Part shown: positions 19,950 through 30,046 of the stretch, one piece after another | How positions within the stretch are numbered: position 1 is the stretch's first letter | How the letters are laid out: each line of letters starts with the position of its first letter | Source of the DNA: a virus | Virus record (IMG/VR): IMGVR_UViG_3300044712_001401 | Span: 1-64,000 of that record | Length of the DNA stretch: 64,000 nt | Direction: 5' to 3' (one strand) | Translations under genes and position numbers: made by a program | Notes under the pieces: model-generated | Told to the model about the DNA's origin: nothing | Seen by the model: only the letters and a program-made list of their open reading frames with translations | Database searches by the model: none

Positions 19950-20641
19950 GCACATCACAAACGCTTCGCTCGTGTCCGAGTTGCGGGCACGCTGCGCCAG
20001 TACGCGCGCCGCGAATGGTTGACGTGAACGACTACGGAGATAAGGCGGAGGTCGGTGTCGTAAAATGCACCGGATGCGGGATGCGGATGGAGACTTGCCA
20101 CGGACAAGACGAAGCGGACAAGCGGTGGAATCGTCGCGACGGCGACGGAGAAAAAGATAACGGTCTCGGGCCGTGCGGCTACGCGCGAGGCGTGACAGCG
20201 GACGAGCTACACTTGCGGGTGATCAACGCGGTCGGGCGGTGGTGTGAGCGTCGCGGCGGACGAGCGGGGCTCGACGCTCGCGACCGGTTCCTCGTCGATC
20301 ACCTGTCGCGGCCGTTGGAGCAAACGATAACTGGGGTGCTCTCGCTCTTGGCGGACGAGCTAGGCGAGCTACGCGTCGACAATATCCCCTACGATCCGAC
20401 CGATCCGGTGCGGTATCTGACGGATGACAGGGACGCACTGAATCGCAACGAGCTTGTTTTATTCGCGGGTGGGAATGGCGATTGGTACGTAGGGGTGGTC
20501 CCAGAAGGCGAGGGCTTTGGCGGTCGGTGCGTACGAATTTGCACCAGCGGCGGAGCGGCGAGTGCGGTTCCTGGGCTGGGAGTCGCAATTGCCAAGGCGT
20601 ATCTAGCGATTGCCAAAGTCACGGAAGGCGGTGGGGCGTGA
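19946..20641 (+). CDS. Lar-family (restriction alleviation)-like Zn-finger domain plus unknown domain
   Basis: LRSCPSCG...VKCTGCG...EADKRWNRR. Confidence 0.65.
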   Translation: MSTSQTLRSCPSCGHAAPVRAPRMVDVNDYGDKAEVGVVKCTGCGMRMETCHGQDEADKRWNRRDGDGEKDNGLGPCGYARGVTADELHLRVINAVGRWCERRGGRAGLDARDRFLVDHLSRPLEQTITGVLSLLADELGELRVDNIPYDPTDPVRYLTDDRDALNRNELVLFAGGNGDWYVGVVPEGEGFGGRCVRICTSGGAASAVPGLGVAIAKAYLAIAKVTEGGGA

Positions 20642-21000
20642 AAATAAAGCATGAGTGCCTCGGATGTAGGGCGACGTGGGAAACGGACCGGCTAGTTGCG
20701 GTCCCATGCGTTCGGTGCGGGAGCGGAGTTCCAGTGGACCGAAGTGTAGCTTGCGACGTCGGCGCAAGCCGTCTTGCAGCGAACGTGTTCCTCGCGGCGT
20801 TCGTGATGCTCGGGTTGTGGCGAGTGCTGGTCCCAACGTCGCTCGACGTATCGGCGACGAGCCTCCACAAAGACGCGGCGCACTTGCTGGTCGGCCTGGG
20901 GCTCGGCTATGCGATTAGGCGTCCTCGTTCGTGGGATATCGTGGTCGGAGCGGTGCTGGTCTCGCTCTGGGAGCTAGGTTTCTTTTTGGCAACTCGATAG
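20638..21000 (+). CDS. Membrane protein with N-terminal CxxC pairs
   Basis: Three hydrophobic segments. Confidence 0.55.
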   Translation: MKIKHECLGCRATWETDRLVAVPCVRCGSGVPVDRSVACDVGASRLAANVFLAAFVMLGLWRVLVPTSLDVSATSLHKDAAHLLVGLGLGYAIRRPRSWDIVVGAVLVSLWELGFFLATR

Positions 21001-21067
21001 CAGCGAATGGATACGGCGAGCCGCACGGAGGCGGCCGGTGGCGAGCGCGGACGATCGGGGGCAGACG

Positions 21068-21418
21068 ATGCGACAAGACAGCGGCGCGAGCGGCATACGC
21101 GGGCGGTGGCGGTTTAAGGCGGAGTATTTCGACGCGGGAGACTTGCCGGAGCGAAACGGAAAACCTCCGATCCGGCAATACGACGGTCGTGAGGCGGGAT
21201 TCTACGCAACTTACGCTCCGGACGGTTTTGGCTGGGCTCTATTCCCGTGCCGATTCGCGACGTTGGCAGATGCCGAGCGAGCGGCGAACGTCTTGAGAAA
21301 AAAGATCGTGGAGGCGGTGGCTACGACCCATCGCGATGTTGTGTTGATGGGTGAGTCGAGCGACGGAGGGGTGCAGGGGTTCGTTGACCAAATCGTCGCG
21401 GAGTCGTGTCACTGGTAG
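21068..21418 (+). CDS. Hypothetical protein
   Basis: Co-oriented ORF. Confidence 0.5.
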   Translation: MRQDSGASGIRGRWRFKAEYFDAGDLPERNGKPPIRQYDGREAGFYATYAPDGFGWALFPCRFATLADAERAANVLRKKIVEAVATTHRDVVLMGESSDGGVQGFVDQIVAESCHW

Positions 21419-21428
21419 GAGACGGGCG

Positions 21429-21902
21429 ATGGCAAGCCAACTGGCGATTGACGTGGGCACGCTCGCGGCGTTTGTGCTCCTGTTGTGGCTCTCGCATCCT
21501 CGTACGTTCAAGGCGTTGGGGATGGCGTTTGGTGCGGTGCTTGGCTATACGTCGCGGCCGGCGAAGGCAGACCGTGGCGACGCGAGCGAGCCAAGCGACG
21601 ACGGGGACGAAATGGAAGCGAGACTACGGTTCGTTACGCTCTACGACTTGAACCGAGACGGCTACGGTACGACAGAGCGACGGCCGGAGAACGTCTCGCG
21701 TCTGGCTCGGCGGATGGTCGGACGTCGTATGCCGCTCGGCTGCGTCTTGCGCCGGCTCGGCATGGATTGCCCGAACGCGGATTTCTGGGTGGCCGATTTT
21801 GCCATCTATGTCGCGTGGGGCGATGTCGTGATTCCACCAACGGTTCCGGGGGCGAGTGGGATTCGTCGGCATACGGCGAGACTACTTCGGTTCGAGCCGT
21901 AA
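21429..21902 (+). CDS. Hypothetical protein with N-terminal membrane helix
   Basis: AGGAG RBS. Confidence 0.55.
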   Translation: MASQLAIDVGTLAAFVLLLWLSHPRTFKALGMAFGAVLGYTSRPAKADRGDASEPSDDGDEMEARLRFVTLYDLNRDGYGTTERRPENVSRLARRMVGRRMPLGCVLRRLGMDCPNADFWVADFAIYVAWGDVVIPPTVPGASGIRRHTARLLRFEP

Positions 21903-22219
21903 CGTAACGCCACGGAGTTTTGGTATGTCTGACGTGGCGGTGCTCGCGGCGTTATTTGCGGCCGTCCTGGGGCTGCTGACGCTGACGCTGATCGGTGCGT
22001 TGGCGTTCTCTATTGCTGGCGACGAGTCGCGACGCAGGCGACGCGTTGACGCAAACGCGGCGGAGTTCAATCGCCGCGCGGCCTGTCTTCCGGATATTGA
22101 CGCCAAACAACCAAAAGTTCTAGCCGCGAAAGAACCGCAAATCTCGCGGGGAATTCGCCTGATTTCTCTGGAGACACCAGACGAATAAAAAAAAGTTTCG
22201 GATTTTTGGTGCGGCGGGG

Positions 22220-22310
22220 TTGCATCCTATGCCGACGACGGTAGGATGGGGGAGTCGGACGCACGGGGCGGACGACGAGACGAAAAGACGAGACGACGGG
22301 AGACGGGAAG
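22220..22310 (+). promoter_or_regulatory. Repeated promoter/leader element, copy 6
   Basis: TTGCAT(22220)-16-TAGGAT(22242)...TCGGACGCACGGGGCGGACGACGAGACGAAAAGACGAGACGACGGGAGACGGGAA. Confidence 0.82.
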
Positions 22311-22718
22311 ATGACGAACCTAGCGACTCACAACGGATTCTTGACGGTCACGAGCACGCGGACGGGAGAACACCGGACCTTCCGGATTTCGACGCAGGCT
22401 GCGGACGCGGAGTTTGCACCGGGCGAACGCATCGTCGGGCTGCTCACGGGAGCGGACAACGAGCGAGACTACACGAGCTTCGCCTTCCTCAAGACGGAAG
22501 CCGACGGCTCGGTGCGGCTCATCGTCTGGAAGCGACACCGGGGCGGACAGTACGACGCGCTCGCACGGATGCTCGAAGCCTTGCCGGCGCACGAAGCCGC
22601 CGGACGCGTCGCGACGAATTTTGACACCCGGTGTCGCAAGTGCAATCGCACGCTCACGACGCCGGAAAGTGTCGCGTCTGGAATCGGTCCGGTGTGCGCG
22701 GAGTCGCTCGGGGCGTAA
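22311..22718 (+). CDS. DUF6011 domain protein
   Basis: C-terminal RCRKCNRTLTTPESVASGIGPVCA; N-terminal VTSTRTGEHRTFRI...LLTG.DNE.DY. Confidence 0.85.
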   Translation: MTNLATHNGFLTVTSTRTGEHRTFRISTQAADAEFAPGERIVGLLTGADNERDYTSFAFLKTEADGSVRLIVWKRHRGGQYDALARMLEALPAHEAAGRVATNFDTRCRKCNRTLTTPESVASGIGPVCAESLGA

Positions 22719-22798
22719 CGACGTCGGACGAGTGGCGAGCCGCGCGGGGCGGCTCGCTCGCTAGGGTAGGACGAAGACTAACGACGGGAGACGGGAAG

Positions 22799-23002
22799 AT
22801 GATCGCGACTATGACGATTGGCGAGGGGTTCGCGGAGTTGCAATCGATTCGGAATGAGCGGCTGCAATACGGAGCCAACGTCAACGAGCTACGCAAGCGT
22901 TGCGACGCGGTCGGACATTGGGCTGCCCGCCAAAAGAATCGGTCGAAGCGTTTGTTCGTCTTGCTCCGCGAGGCAAGCGAGTTGAGCCGACGTCTCGGGT
23001 AG
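22799..23002 (+). CDS. Hypothetical protein
   Basis: GACGGGAGACGGGAAG leader/RBS. Confidence 0.65.
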   Translation: MIATMTIGEGFAELQSIRNERLQYGANVNELRKRCDAVGHWAARQKNRSKRLFVLLREASELSRRLG

Positions 23003-23079
23003 AGTCGCGGGAGTGGTTGGTTGTCGCGGGCCGCGCGTTGCGGCTCGCGGTTTGGCGGTTCTTTTTGTGGAGTTCCAGG

Positions 23080-23445
23080 ATGGCACGGTTACAGATCATC
23101 GTGAGCGGGAAGGGGCTGCGGCGGGAGTCGGTGCATAAGTTGGTTGAGGCAGCGTTAGTCGCGAAATATGACACGGAGAACGTGAGCGTCTCGACGACGG
23201 ACGCCACGATTCCGGGGTCTCGCGCCGAGCGGTTCGCGGCTGCAATCGGCGACGTCGGCGGGGCGAAAAACGAGATGGAGTCGTTGCGCGACGAGCTACA
23301 GGGATGGCTCGACAACCTGCCGGAGTCGTTCCAGCAAGGGAACAAGGGCGACGAGTTGCAATCGGCGATCGACGAGTTGGAAGATATCGTCTCGACGTTG
23401 GAAGACGTCGAGGGGCGCGACGTAGCTTTTCCTGGGATGTACTAA
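23080..23445 (+). CDS. Hypothetical coiled-coil protein
   Basis: LRDELQ...DNLPESFQ.G.KG..LQ.AID.LE pattern typical of small phage proteins. Confidence 0.7.
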   Translation: MARLQIIVSGKGLRRESVHKLVEAALVAKYDTENVSVSTTDATIPGSRAERFAAAIGDVGGAKNEMESLRDELQGWLDNLPESFQQGNKGDELQSAIDELEDIVSTLEDVEGRDVAFPGMY

Positions 23446-23680
23446 TGGGCAATCGCAAACGACGAGCGAAAAAGTATGGCGAGGCTCCGGCTCCGTCGGC
23501 GAACGCGTTCTACAGTTACGACCAAGAATCGGGGCTCTATCACGTCTTCGTAACGGACGGAGCCGGCCGTACGGCGGAAGTCGGTGCGCATTGCGACGAG
23601 CCAGACGCAAGCCACGCGGTTGATGCGTTGCTATGGTTTCGTAGCATTCCGCAGCCTCTTGAGCCAAAAAGGACCAAGAC

Positions 23681-24145
23681 GTGAAGGTGTACATCTTGAT
23701 GCGCGGCTATTACGAGGATGCGACGCCGGACGCTGTCGTGAGAGAGGCTCGCAAGGCAGATGCCGAACGAATCTGCTCGCTCTGCGACGATTCGTGGCTC
23801 GTCGAGCTTGAGCTTGACGAACTACCGATGGCGGTCGATCCGGGGGCGGAACATTACACCGTCGAGCTTAAACGGGACGGTGAGCCAAAAATCCACAAAT
23901 ACTGGTCGCGACTGACGCAATCCGGAGAGCTACAAAACTCTTTTGCGGCGCTGGACGTTCGAGGACGCAAACGGTGGCGGCTAACTTGGCGCGGCTACGC
24001 TCGCTCGGCCGAGGACGCGGGGCGATCGGCAGTCGAGATGCGACGAGCCATCCTCGCGGGCGAGCTTGCGCCGGACGAACGCGGGCGATTGCCGGTGTCG
24101 CTCGACGCGGTCTCGCCAGACTGGAAAGCGACCGATGGCGGCTAG
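23681..24145 (+). CDS. Hypothetical protein
   Basis: GTGA coupled start, MKVYIL. Confidence 0.6.
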   Translation: MKVYILMRGYYEDATPDAVVREARKADAERICSLCDDSWLVELELDELPMAVDPGAEHYTVELKRDGEPKIHKYWSRLTQSGELQNSFAALDVRGRKRWRLTWRGYARSAEDAGRSAVEMRRAILAGELAPDERGRLPVSLDAVSPDWKATDGG

Positions 24146-24342
24146 GCTCAAGCTCTGTTGGGTTCCGTTCTGCGACGGGCCGGCCGTCGCAACGATGCGG
24201 CTCGTCGCGCCGGACGGTACGACCGCGAGCGTGCAGGCGTGCGCCGAGCACTCGGGGAGGACGATTCAAGCAAGGTTTTCTGAACCAAGTCGAATTCCGA
24301 CCAAGGCAAGTAAACGCAAGCAACCAAGACGGAGCGAGACAG

Positions 24343-24969
24343 ATGAGAGCGAGCGATAGCATAGAGTCAGTTTTGTCTGGGGCCGAGATTCGATTTGGGC
24401 TCGCGGCTCAAAAGAAACTCGAACGCGTCTTGGGTATGAACGTACGCGGCGAGACGTGGCAAGAGATAGCCGACGACGTCGGGTGGCAACGACGGACGGT
24501 TCGTTCTGCGTTTGAGCGGATGATTGGCGATCCGAGCACGGCCGAGATTCGCGAGTCGCTCGCGTCGGCGGTGGAGTTCATCCGCGACCTAACGCTACGA
24601 CACGGCGACTCGTGGACGGCTCCGGAGCGAAACGAGGCTGCGGCGATTTGGTATCACTCCCAACGGCTGCTCGACGCGCAGCGGAACGAGCACTTCGATG
24701 GCTCGTCGGCGATGGGTGAAGTCGTCGACGAGAGCCGGTACGTCTGGCACGGAGTCAGGGCTCGCGTCTTTACGACGACGGGGACGCTCCGGTTCTATCC
24801 GTCGATGCCGTGGCGGTTTGAAATCGAGTGCTCGACGCGTGGCACAATCCGGTTCGTCGGAGTGCCGAACTATTGCACTTCCAAACGCTCGGCCGTCGCT
24901 CGGGCGATGGCTCGCTGCCGGTGGGTTGCCAACGGGACATACGACCAGCGGTACTCACGGAGCACGTAG
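24343..24969 (+). CDS. Hypothetical protein with possible HTH
   Basis: GETWQEIADDVGWQRRTVR. Confidence 0.55.
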   Translation: MRASDSIESVLSGAEIRFGLAAQKKLERVLGMNVRGETWQEIADDVGWQRRTVRSAFERMIGDPSTAEIRESLASAVEFIRDLTLRHGDSWTAPERNEAAAIWYHSQRLLDAQRNEHFDGSSAMGEVVDESRYVWHGVRARVFTTTGTLRFYPSMPWRFEIECSTRGTIRFVGVPNYCTSKRSAVARAMARCRWVANGTYDQRYSRST

Positions 24970-25199
24970 GGGACCGAACGACGAGAGCAACTGGAGACAA
25001 CTGGTGGCGAGTAACGCAAACGGCGCAGGAGTGCGGCTCGAAATTGAGCGGCGGGCGGACGGTTGGTGGATTGTCGAACGCAACGGAACCGGCCTGCCGG
25101 ATATGGGACCGTATCGGACGCGGGCGGAGGCGGACGACGACCGGGTTGGCGTGGCGAAGTTCTGCCGACGGAATCCGGCGTACGTCGGTCCATAGCCGA

Positions 25200-25304
25200 A
25201 AAAAAGAAACCCGGAAATCTTGTGCGGCGGGCTTGCGTCCTATTCCGATGATGGTACTATGAACCAGTCGGACGAACGCAACAATCAACAACGGGAAACA
25301 AGAC
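25200..25304 (+). promoter_or_regulatory. Repeated promoter element, copy 7 (subtype shared with copy 9)
   Basis: A-rich upstream tract, CCGGAAATCTTGTGCGG, TTGCGT(25233)-16-TACTAT(25255), TCGGACGAACGCAAC. Confidence 0.8.
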
Positions 25305-25538
25305 ATGGCCACGAAGCAAAAATCACCGCTCGCGAAACCGGCTCCGAAGAACGGCGACGTCGTACGGCTGCACGGGTACGAGTTCACGGTAACGAACGTC
25401 CGGCAATACTCGCAGCCGGTACACGGAGAGAGCTTCGCGGTCTGCCGGTTCGAGGGGGTTTGCACCGCGAACCGAGTCAACGACACAATCCGCCGGACGT
25501 CGTACAACGGCGGAACGTACGGGTGGCGGATCGACTAG
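25305..25538 (+). CDS. Hypothetical protein
   Basis: Directly after promoter copy 7; followed by a hairpin at 25556-25582. Confidence 0.7.
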   Translation: MATKQKSPLAKPAPKNGDVVRLHGYEFTVTNVRQYSQPVHGESFAVCRFEGVCTANRVNDTIRRTSYNGGTYGWRID

Positions 25539-25593
25539 GCGGAGACGAGAGCGGGGTTGGGCTCGCGGCTCGCGAGCCCAACGGTATCGAGAC

Positions 25594-25905
25594 ATGAGAC
25601 GGGAGACGAACGTGGCGACCTATGCGGTATTAACGCGCGACGCTCAAGGCGTCGCGTCGCTCGGGTATGTCTTGGACGACTACAACGAGGCGGAGTCGCT
25701 CCTACGCGACGAGGAGGGCTCGGCGGACGGGGAACGACGCGAGTTGTGGTCGCTCCGCGCCGGCTGGAAGCAAGCCGTTCGCGTGAGCGAGTTCGGGATT
25801 CCTTGCGACGACGGAACCGAGGAGAGCGACGTGCACTCCGCTCGTCGTCTCGCTCCGTATCTGAAAGCCAAGATTGGCGAGCTAGTGGTGGTTGTCGACG
25901 AGTAA
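25594..25905 (+). CDS. Hypothetical protein
   Basis: GACGGGAGACG RBS (true start may be the GTG near 25612). Confidence 0.6.
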   Translation: MRRETNVATYAVLTRDAQGVASLGYVLDDYNEAESLLRDEEGSADGERRELWSLRAGWKQAVRVSEFGIPCDDGTEESDVHSARRLAPYLKAKIGELVVVVDE

Positions 25906-26498
25906 CAAAGGGGGTGGTTGTGAATAATCGGAGCCGAAAATTCGAGCCCTACGTTCGACGGTACAAGCCGGGGGACAAGGCGGTGTCGTTGCGGACGGCC
26001 TGCCGGATGGCGTTTTACCATGTCATGGGGCGGAATTTTTTTGTGTTGTTGCAGCGGGGGAAACCGCGAGTCGTTCTCGACGTGGCTGGGAGCCGTCGCG
26101 AGTTAGAGCAGATGCAGGTGCAAGTGGCGATGGGGCGGATGACGTTTGCGAGTTGGGCTCGCGAGATTGGGCGACAGGCTCGCGGCGGAAAATTCAATCG
26201 AGCCAAGACAAAAGACAAGCGGTGGCAGCGGTGATCGAAATCAAACTACCGTTGGTTGACGTCGTCGACATAGCGTCGCTATCGGCGACAATCAATCAAT
26301 TCCGTCGCCAAGTGCCATCGTCTGACCGGGCGTTCCGCAATTGGTACGAGCGGTTATCGCCAGCGGAGCGGCGTTTATTCTTGTATCGGATTCACGCGGT
26401 CGCGGAGATGCTAGAGCCGCTCCGTCACGCTAGGGTTTCTGTCGTCGCTCAAGTGTCCGGGGCCAGCGAGTCGCAGGAACGAGATACATCCGGGGGGC

Positions 26499-26912
26499 GT
26501 GATGTGCGGTAAAAGTCATGAGTGGTTTTGTCCTCGTTGCTGGCGAGTGCTGGAGTGGCGCGAAGTGACGTTCCAAGAGACGCACGACGGATGCGGCGAA
26601 GGCGTCGAGAGTCGCGAGCGAATCGCGGCGAGAGCAACGCCGGAGCGTGTTTTGGCTATGATTGCGGCTCGCGGTTGGTCTTCGCACTGGACGCACCGTG
26701 GTGCGTATCTGCACTTGGAGGCGTCCGAGCTAATCGAAGCGGTGCGAGGCAAACGCGGCGACGTTGTCGACGAAGCCGGAGACGTGTTGCTCGTGTTGCT
26801 ATCGATTGTGGGAGCGGCCGGCGTGTCTTGGGGGGACGTCGAGCGCGCAGCGGCTACCAAACTCGCAAAACTAGAACGGCCGGGGCCGTATCGCGACGAG
26901 GGGACACAATGA
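26499..26912 (+). CDS. MazG-like nucleotide pyrophosphohydrolase with N-terminal Zn ribbon
   Basis: LEASELIEA...DEAGDVL (ExxE...ExxD). Confidence 0.7.
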   Translation: MMCGKSHEWFCPRCWRVLEWREVTFQETHDGCGEGVESRERIAARATPERVLAMIAARGWSSHWTHRGAYLHLEASELIEAVRGKRGDVVDEAGDVLLVLLSIVGAAGVSWGDVERAAATKLAKLERPGPYRDEGTQ

Positions 26913-27964
26913 ACACCGAGAAGTCTTGGTCGGTATTGATTGGCGATGTCCGGGTTCGTCTGCGCGACGTCCCGGACGAGTCGGTGCATTGTGTGGTGAC
27001 ATCGCCACCGTATTTCTCTCAGCGTGACTACGGGATGCCGGAGCAAATCGGGCTAGAGAAGACGTCGGCGGAATATGTCGCGCAACTCGTCGCGGTGTTC
27101 CGCGAAGTTAAGCGCGTCTTGCGTCACGACGGAACGCTCTGGCTGAATCTCGGCGACAAATACGCGAGCCAAGGTGGGGCTCGCAGCTATGGCTCGTCGG
27201 ACGGCGCGGTGCGTCGGGCAGACGCTCCGGAGCGGAGAGCCCCGACGCTGCCACGCAAGAACTTGTACGGTATCCCGTGGCGTGTCGCGTTTGCCTTGCA
27301 AGACGACGGGTGGCTGCTGCGGCAGGATATTATTTGGCACAAATCGGATGCCATGCCGGAGAGCGTGACGGATCGGTGCTCGTCGGCGCATGAGTACGTT
27401 TTTCTTCTGGCTCGCGGATTCGATTACTTTTTCGATGCGGACGCCATCGCGGAGCCTGCCAGCGGAACGAGCGGCGGAGCGTGTTTCGGCAAGCAACAAC
27501 ACGATGCGGCCGGCTCCGGAGCGCAATCTCGCAGGTACGACCGGCCGGAGTACGAGACTCGCAACAAGCGAAGCGTTTGGACCATGCCGACGTCCAAGTT
27601 TGGCGGAGCGCATTTCGCGACGTTTCCGCCGGCTCTCGTCGAGCCGTGCGTTCGTGCGGGCACGAGCGAGCGCGGGTGCTGCGCCGGATGCGGCGAGCCA
27701 ATCCGTAGCGGAGGCGTCAAACGCTGGTGCACTTGCGGGAGCGAGGACGTTGCGCCGAGCGTGGTACTCGATCCGTTTGGTGGCTCGGGGACCGTCGCGG
27801 CAGTCTGCGACCTGCTCGGCGGGCGACGGACAATCCTTTGCGAGCTAAACCCGGAATACGCGGCGATGATTCCGGAGCGAGTGCGAGACGTTCGAGATGC
27901 GGCGTTCGGGCGGACGAAGCAGCGTGCGGTTCCGCCGATGCCGGGTCAAAAAGATCTTTTCTAG
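26909..27964 (+). CDS. DNA methyltransferase (N6_N4_Mtase, TSPPY)
   Basis: SVHCVVTSPPY, GTLWLNLGD, IIWHK...MPESV.DR, HFATFP, VLDPFGGSGT. Confidence 0.95.
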   Translation: MNTEKSWSVLIGDVRVRLRDVPDESVHCVVTSPPYFSQRDYGMPEQIGLEKTSAEYVAQLVAVFREVKRVLRHDGTLWLNLGDKYASQGGARSYGSSDGAVRRADAPERRAPTLPRKNLYGIPWRVAFALQDDGWLLRQDIIWHKSDAMPESVTDRCSSAHEYVFLLARGFDYFFDADAIAEPASGTSGGACFGKQQHDAAGSGAQSRRYDRPEYETRNKRSVWTMPTSKFGGAHFATFPPALVEPCVRAGTSERGCCAGCGEPIRSGGVKRWCTCGSEDVAPSVVLDPFGGSGTVAAVCDLLGGRRTILCELNPEYAAMIPERVRDVRDAAFGRTKQRAVPPMPGQKDLF

Positions 27965-27975
27965 GAGACGAGACG

Positions 27976-28563
27976 ATGCCGGTGATTGTTGGGGTATCGA
28001 AAGATGGGGTTATTGAGTTCGCGACTGCGAGACTAACCGAGGAATCGGTGGAGCCACTAAACCAAATCGTCGACGAAGGCGGATATGTCGCGATGGTCGA
28101 TGGAAGGGTCACAGTGGGCGGGCGAGACGTCGAAAACGGTATTGTGCGGCCGGAGACGGCTAAGGCCGTTACGACGGTTTTCGATGTCGCGTTGTCGCTG
28201 CTGCTCCGCGTTGAGCAAGCCGGAATGATTGGCGACAAGTGGATGCGAGACATCGTCGCGAGACAGTCGCGGGCGGCTTGCGACGCGTGGGAGGAAGTCT
28301 ACCCGAATGAGGCGTGTATATCGCGGCGAGCCTGGGATCGAATCGCGGACGAGATCGCTACGCGGCATGAACGGCTGATGGCAGGCGTACTTTCGCGGCT
28401 CAACGCCATGCAGATTTCTCCGGCTCCGCAACTCGTCGAGTCAGCACGGCCGGGAGTGTTTTTGAGTGTCACGCGAGAAACCGCAACCGGCTTTCGCATC
28501 GGAATTGCCGGGGCGTTGATGACGGCTCGCGAAGTGGCGCAAGTCATGTCGCAGGCGGACTGA
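27976..28563 (+). CDS. Hypothetical protein
   Basis: AGGAG RBS. Confidence 0.6.
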   Translation: MPVIVGVSKDGVIEFATARLTEESVEPLNQIVDEGGYVAMVDGRVTVGGRDVENGIVRPETAKAVTTVFDVALSLLLRVEQAGMIGDKWMRDIVARQSRAACDAWEEVYPNEACISRRAWDRIADEIATRHERLMAGVLSRLNAMQISPAPQLVESARPGVFLSVTRETATGFRIGIAGALMTAREVAQVMSQAD

Positions 28564-28623
28564 ATTGGCTCGGCGGGATGCGGTTTGTTTTTTTTGGTCG
28601 AAACGCAAGACGGGGAAAGAGCG

Positions 28624-30027
28624 ATGGAAGACACGGTGAAAATCACGGAGTTGGACCTAGGCGAAATTTTCCTAGGCGAGTTGCGGAACAAGACCGCGAG
28701 AGTCGGAGTCGTCGGACTCGGAACGGTGGGGCTCCCACGGGCGGTGGCTCTGGCTCGCGCCGGATGGGACGTCGTCGGAGTCGATCGCAACGACGAGCGA
28801 CTAGCGAAGATTGCCAACGCGGCGATGTTCGGCGCTCGCCCCATCCCGGAGCCTGGGCTCCCCAATCAAATCTGCGGAGTTCCGGCCGATGACATTTTTG
28901 CGGCTGGAGAAATGGGCTTTACTGTCTACGCGTGGGACCAGTTACGAAATGAAACGGACGGCGAGCAAATCGACGTCTGGATCGTTTGCGTCTCGGCTCG
29001 CTCTCGCAAGGGAAACGACAAGCGGATGGGACCAGACTACCGACAGGTTCTGGACGCGGTGGCGCAAATCGGTGCGTTGTCGGGCGGGCGGAGTGCGCCG
29101 TTGCTGGTTGTCTTGGAGTCGCTCGTCGGTCCGGGAGCCACCCGAGCCCTGGTCGGCGAGACGCTCCAACGGATGCGACAGGAGCGTACGGTGCTTGCGG
29201 CGTACTCTCCGCCTGACTCGGGGATCGATCCGGAAAGTTTCAAGATGGTGAGTGGGACTAGCACCCTAGCGAGCCAAGCGGCTCGCGTTGTTTACGAATC
29301 GATTTTCACGCGGATATTGATCCCAGCGAAGGCGGAGGTAGTCGAAGCGTCGGCGCTCGTGCGGCATTGCCAACGAGTCACAATTCGCGCGCTTGCTAAC
29401 GAAATGTCCGATGCCCTGGCATTGATGGGAATCTCGTACGCAGACGCGTCTTTGCTCGCTCGTGATAGCGTCGGCCCGTTTGGGCATCGACACGTCTTGC
29501 CGGATGCCGGAGTCGAACCGACGGACTCCGCCGAGACGGCTCCGAGTGCGTTTGCCGATGTCGCGGATTCGTTTAGCGCAACTCCGATCATTCGGTACGC
29601 CGGCAATACGCAAGAGAGGCGATGGGAAAAGATCGTTGAACGCGTCGAGATACTCGCGGGACACTCGGGTCGCTCGCCTGGGGATGCCGAGCGCTGGCCG
29701 ATGATAATCGGGGTGTACGGGCTGCGACCGAAAGAGAGCGACGACGTCGAAGACGGTTCGGTCGGAAGCAAGATCGCGCAGGGGCTCGCGGCTCGCGGCT
29801 ATACGGTAAAGCTATTCGACGACGCGGGCGGCTCGCGTCCGACCGTCGATGATATGCGGCGGTGTTCCGTGCTCGTCTGCGTGCACGGAACGCAGGGGCT
29901 GCCGACGGAGATTCTCGCCAACGCGACGACGCAGGAGCCGTGGATTTACGACGTCAGGAACCCCCCGTCGTGCGACCGGATGCCGCGAGACTTGATCCGG
30001 CTCTGGCGAAAGTCGCTTGGCGAGTAA
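28624..30027 (+). CDS. UDP-glucose/GDP-mannose dehydrogenase-family protein, catalytic motifs degenerate
   Basis: Rossmann motif VGVVGLGTVGLP.A...A..G..VVGVD; LES...PG.T; AYSP; ALANE; but no GGxC motif and no catalytic Lys. Confidence 0.75.
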   Translation: MEDTVKITELDLGEIFLGELRNKTARVGVVGLGTVGLPRAVALARAGWDVVGVDRNDERLAKIANAAMFGARPIPEPGLPNQICGVPADDIFAAGEMGFTVYAWDQLRNETDGEQIDVWIVCVSARSRKGNDKRMGPDYRQVLDAVAQIGALSGGRSAPLLVVLESLVGPGATRALVGETLQRMRQERTVLAAYSPPDSGIDPESFKMVSGTSTLASQAARVVYESIFTRILIPAKAEVVEASALVRHCQRVTIRALANEMSDALALMGISYADASLLARDSVGPFGHRHVLPDAGVEPTDSAETAPSAFADVADSFSATPIIRYAGNTQERRWEKIVERVEILAGHSGRSPGDAERWPMIIGVYGLRPKESDDVEDGSVGSKIAQGLAARGYTVKLFDDAGGSRPTVDDMRRCSVLVCVHGTQGLPTEILANATTQEPWIYDVRNPPSCDRMPRDLIRLWRKSLGE

Positions 30028-30046
30028 CCGGAATCGGAGATACGTG

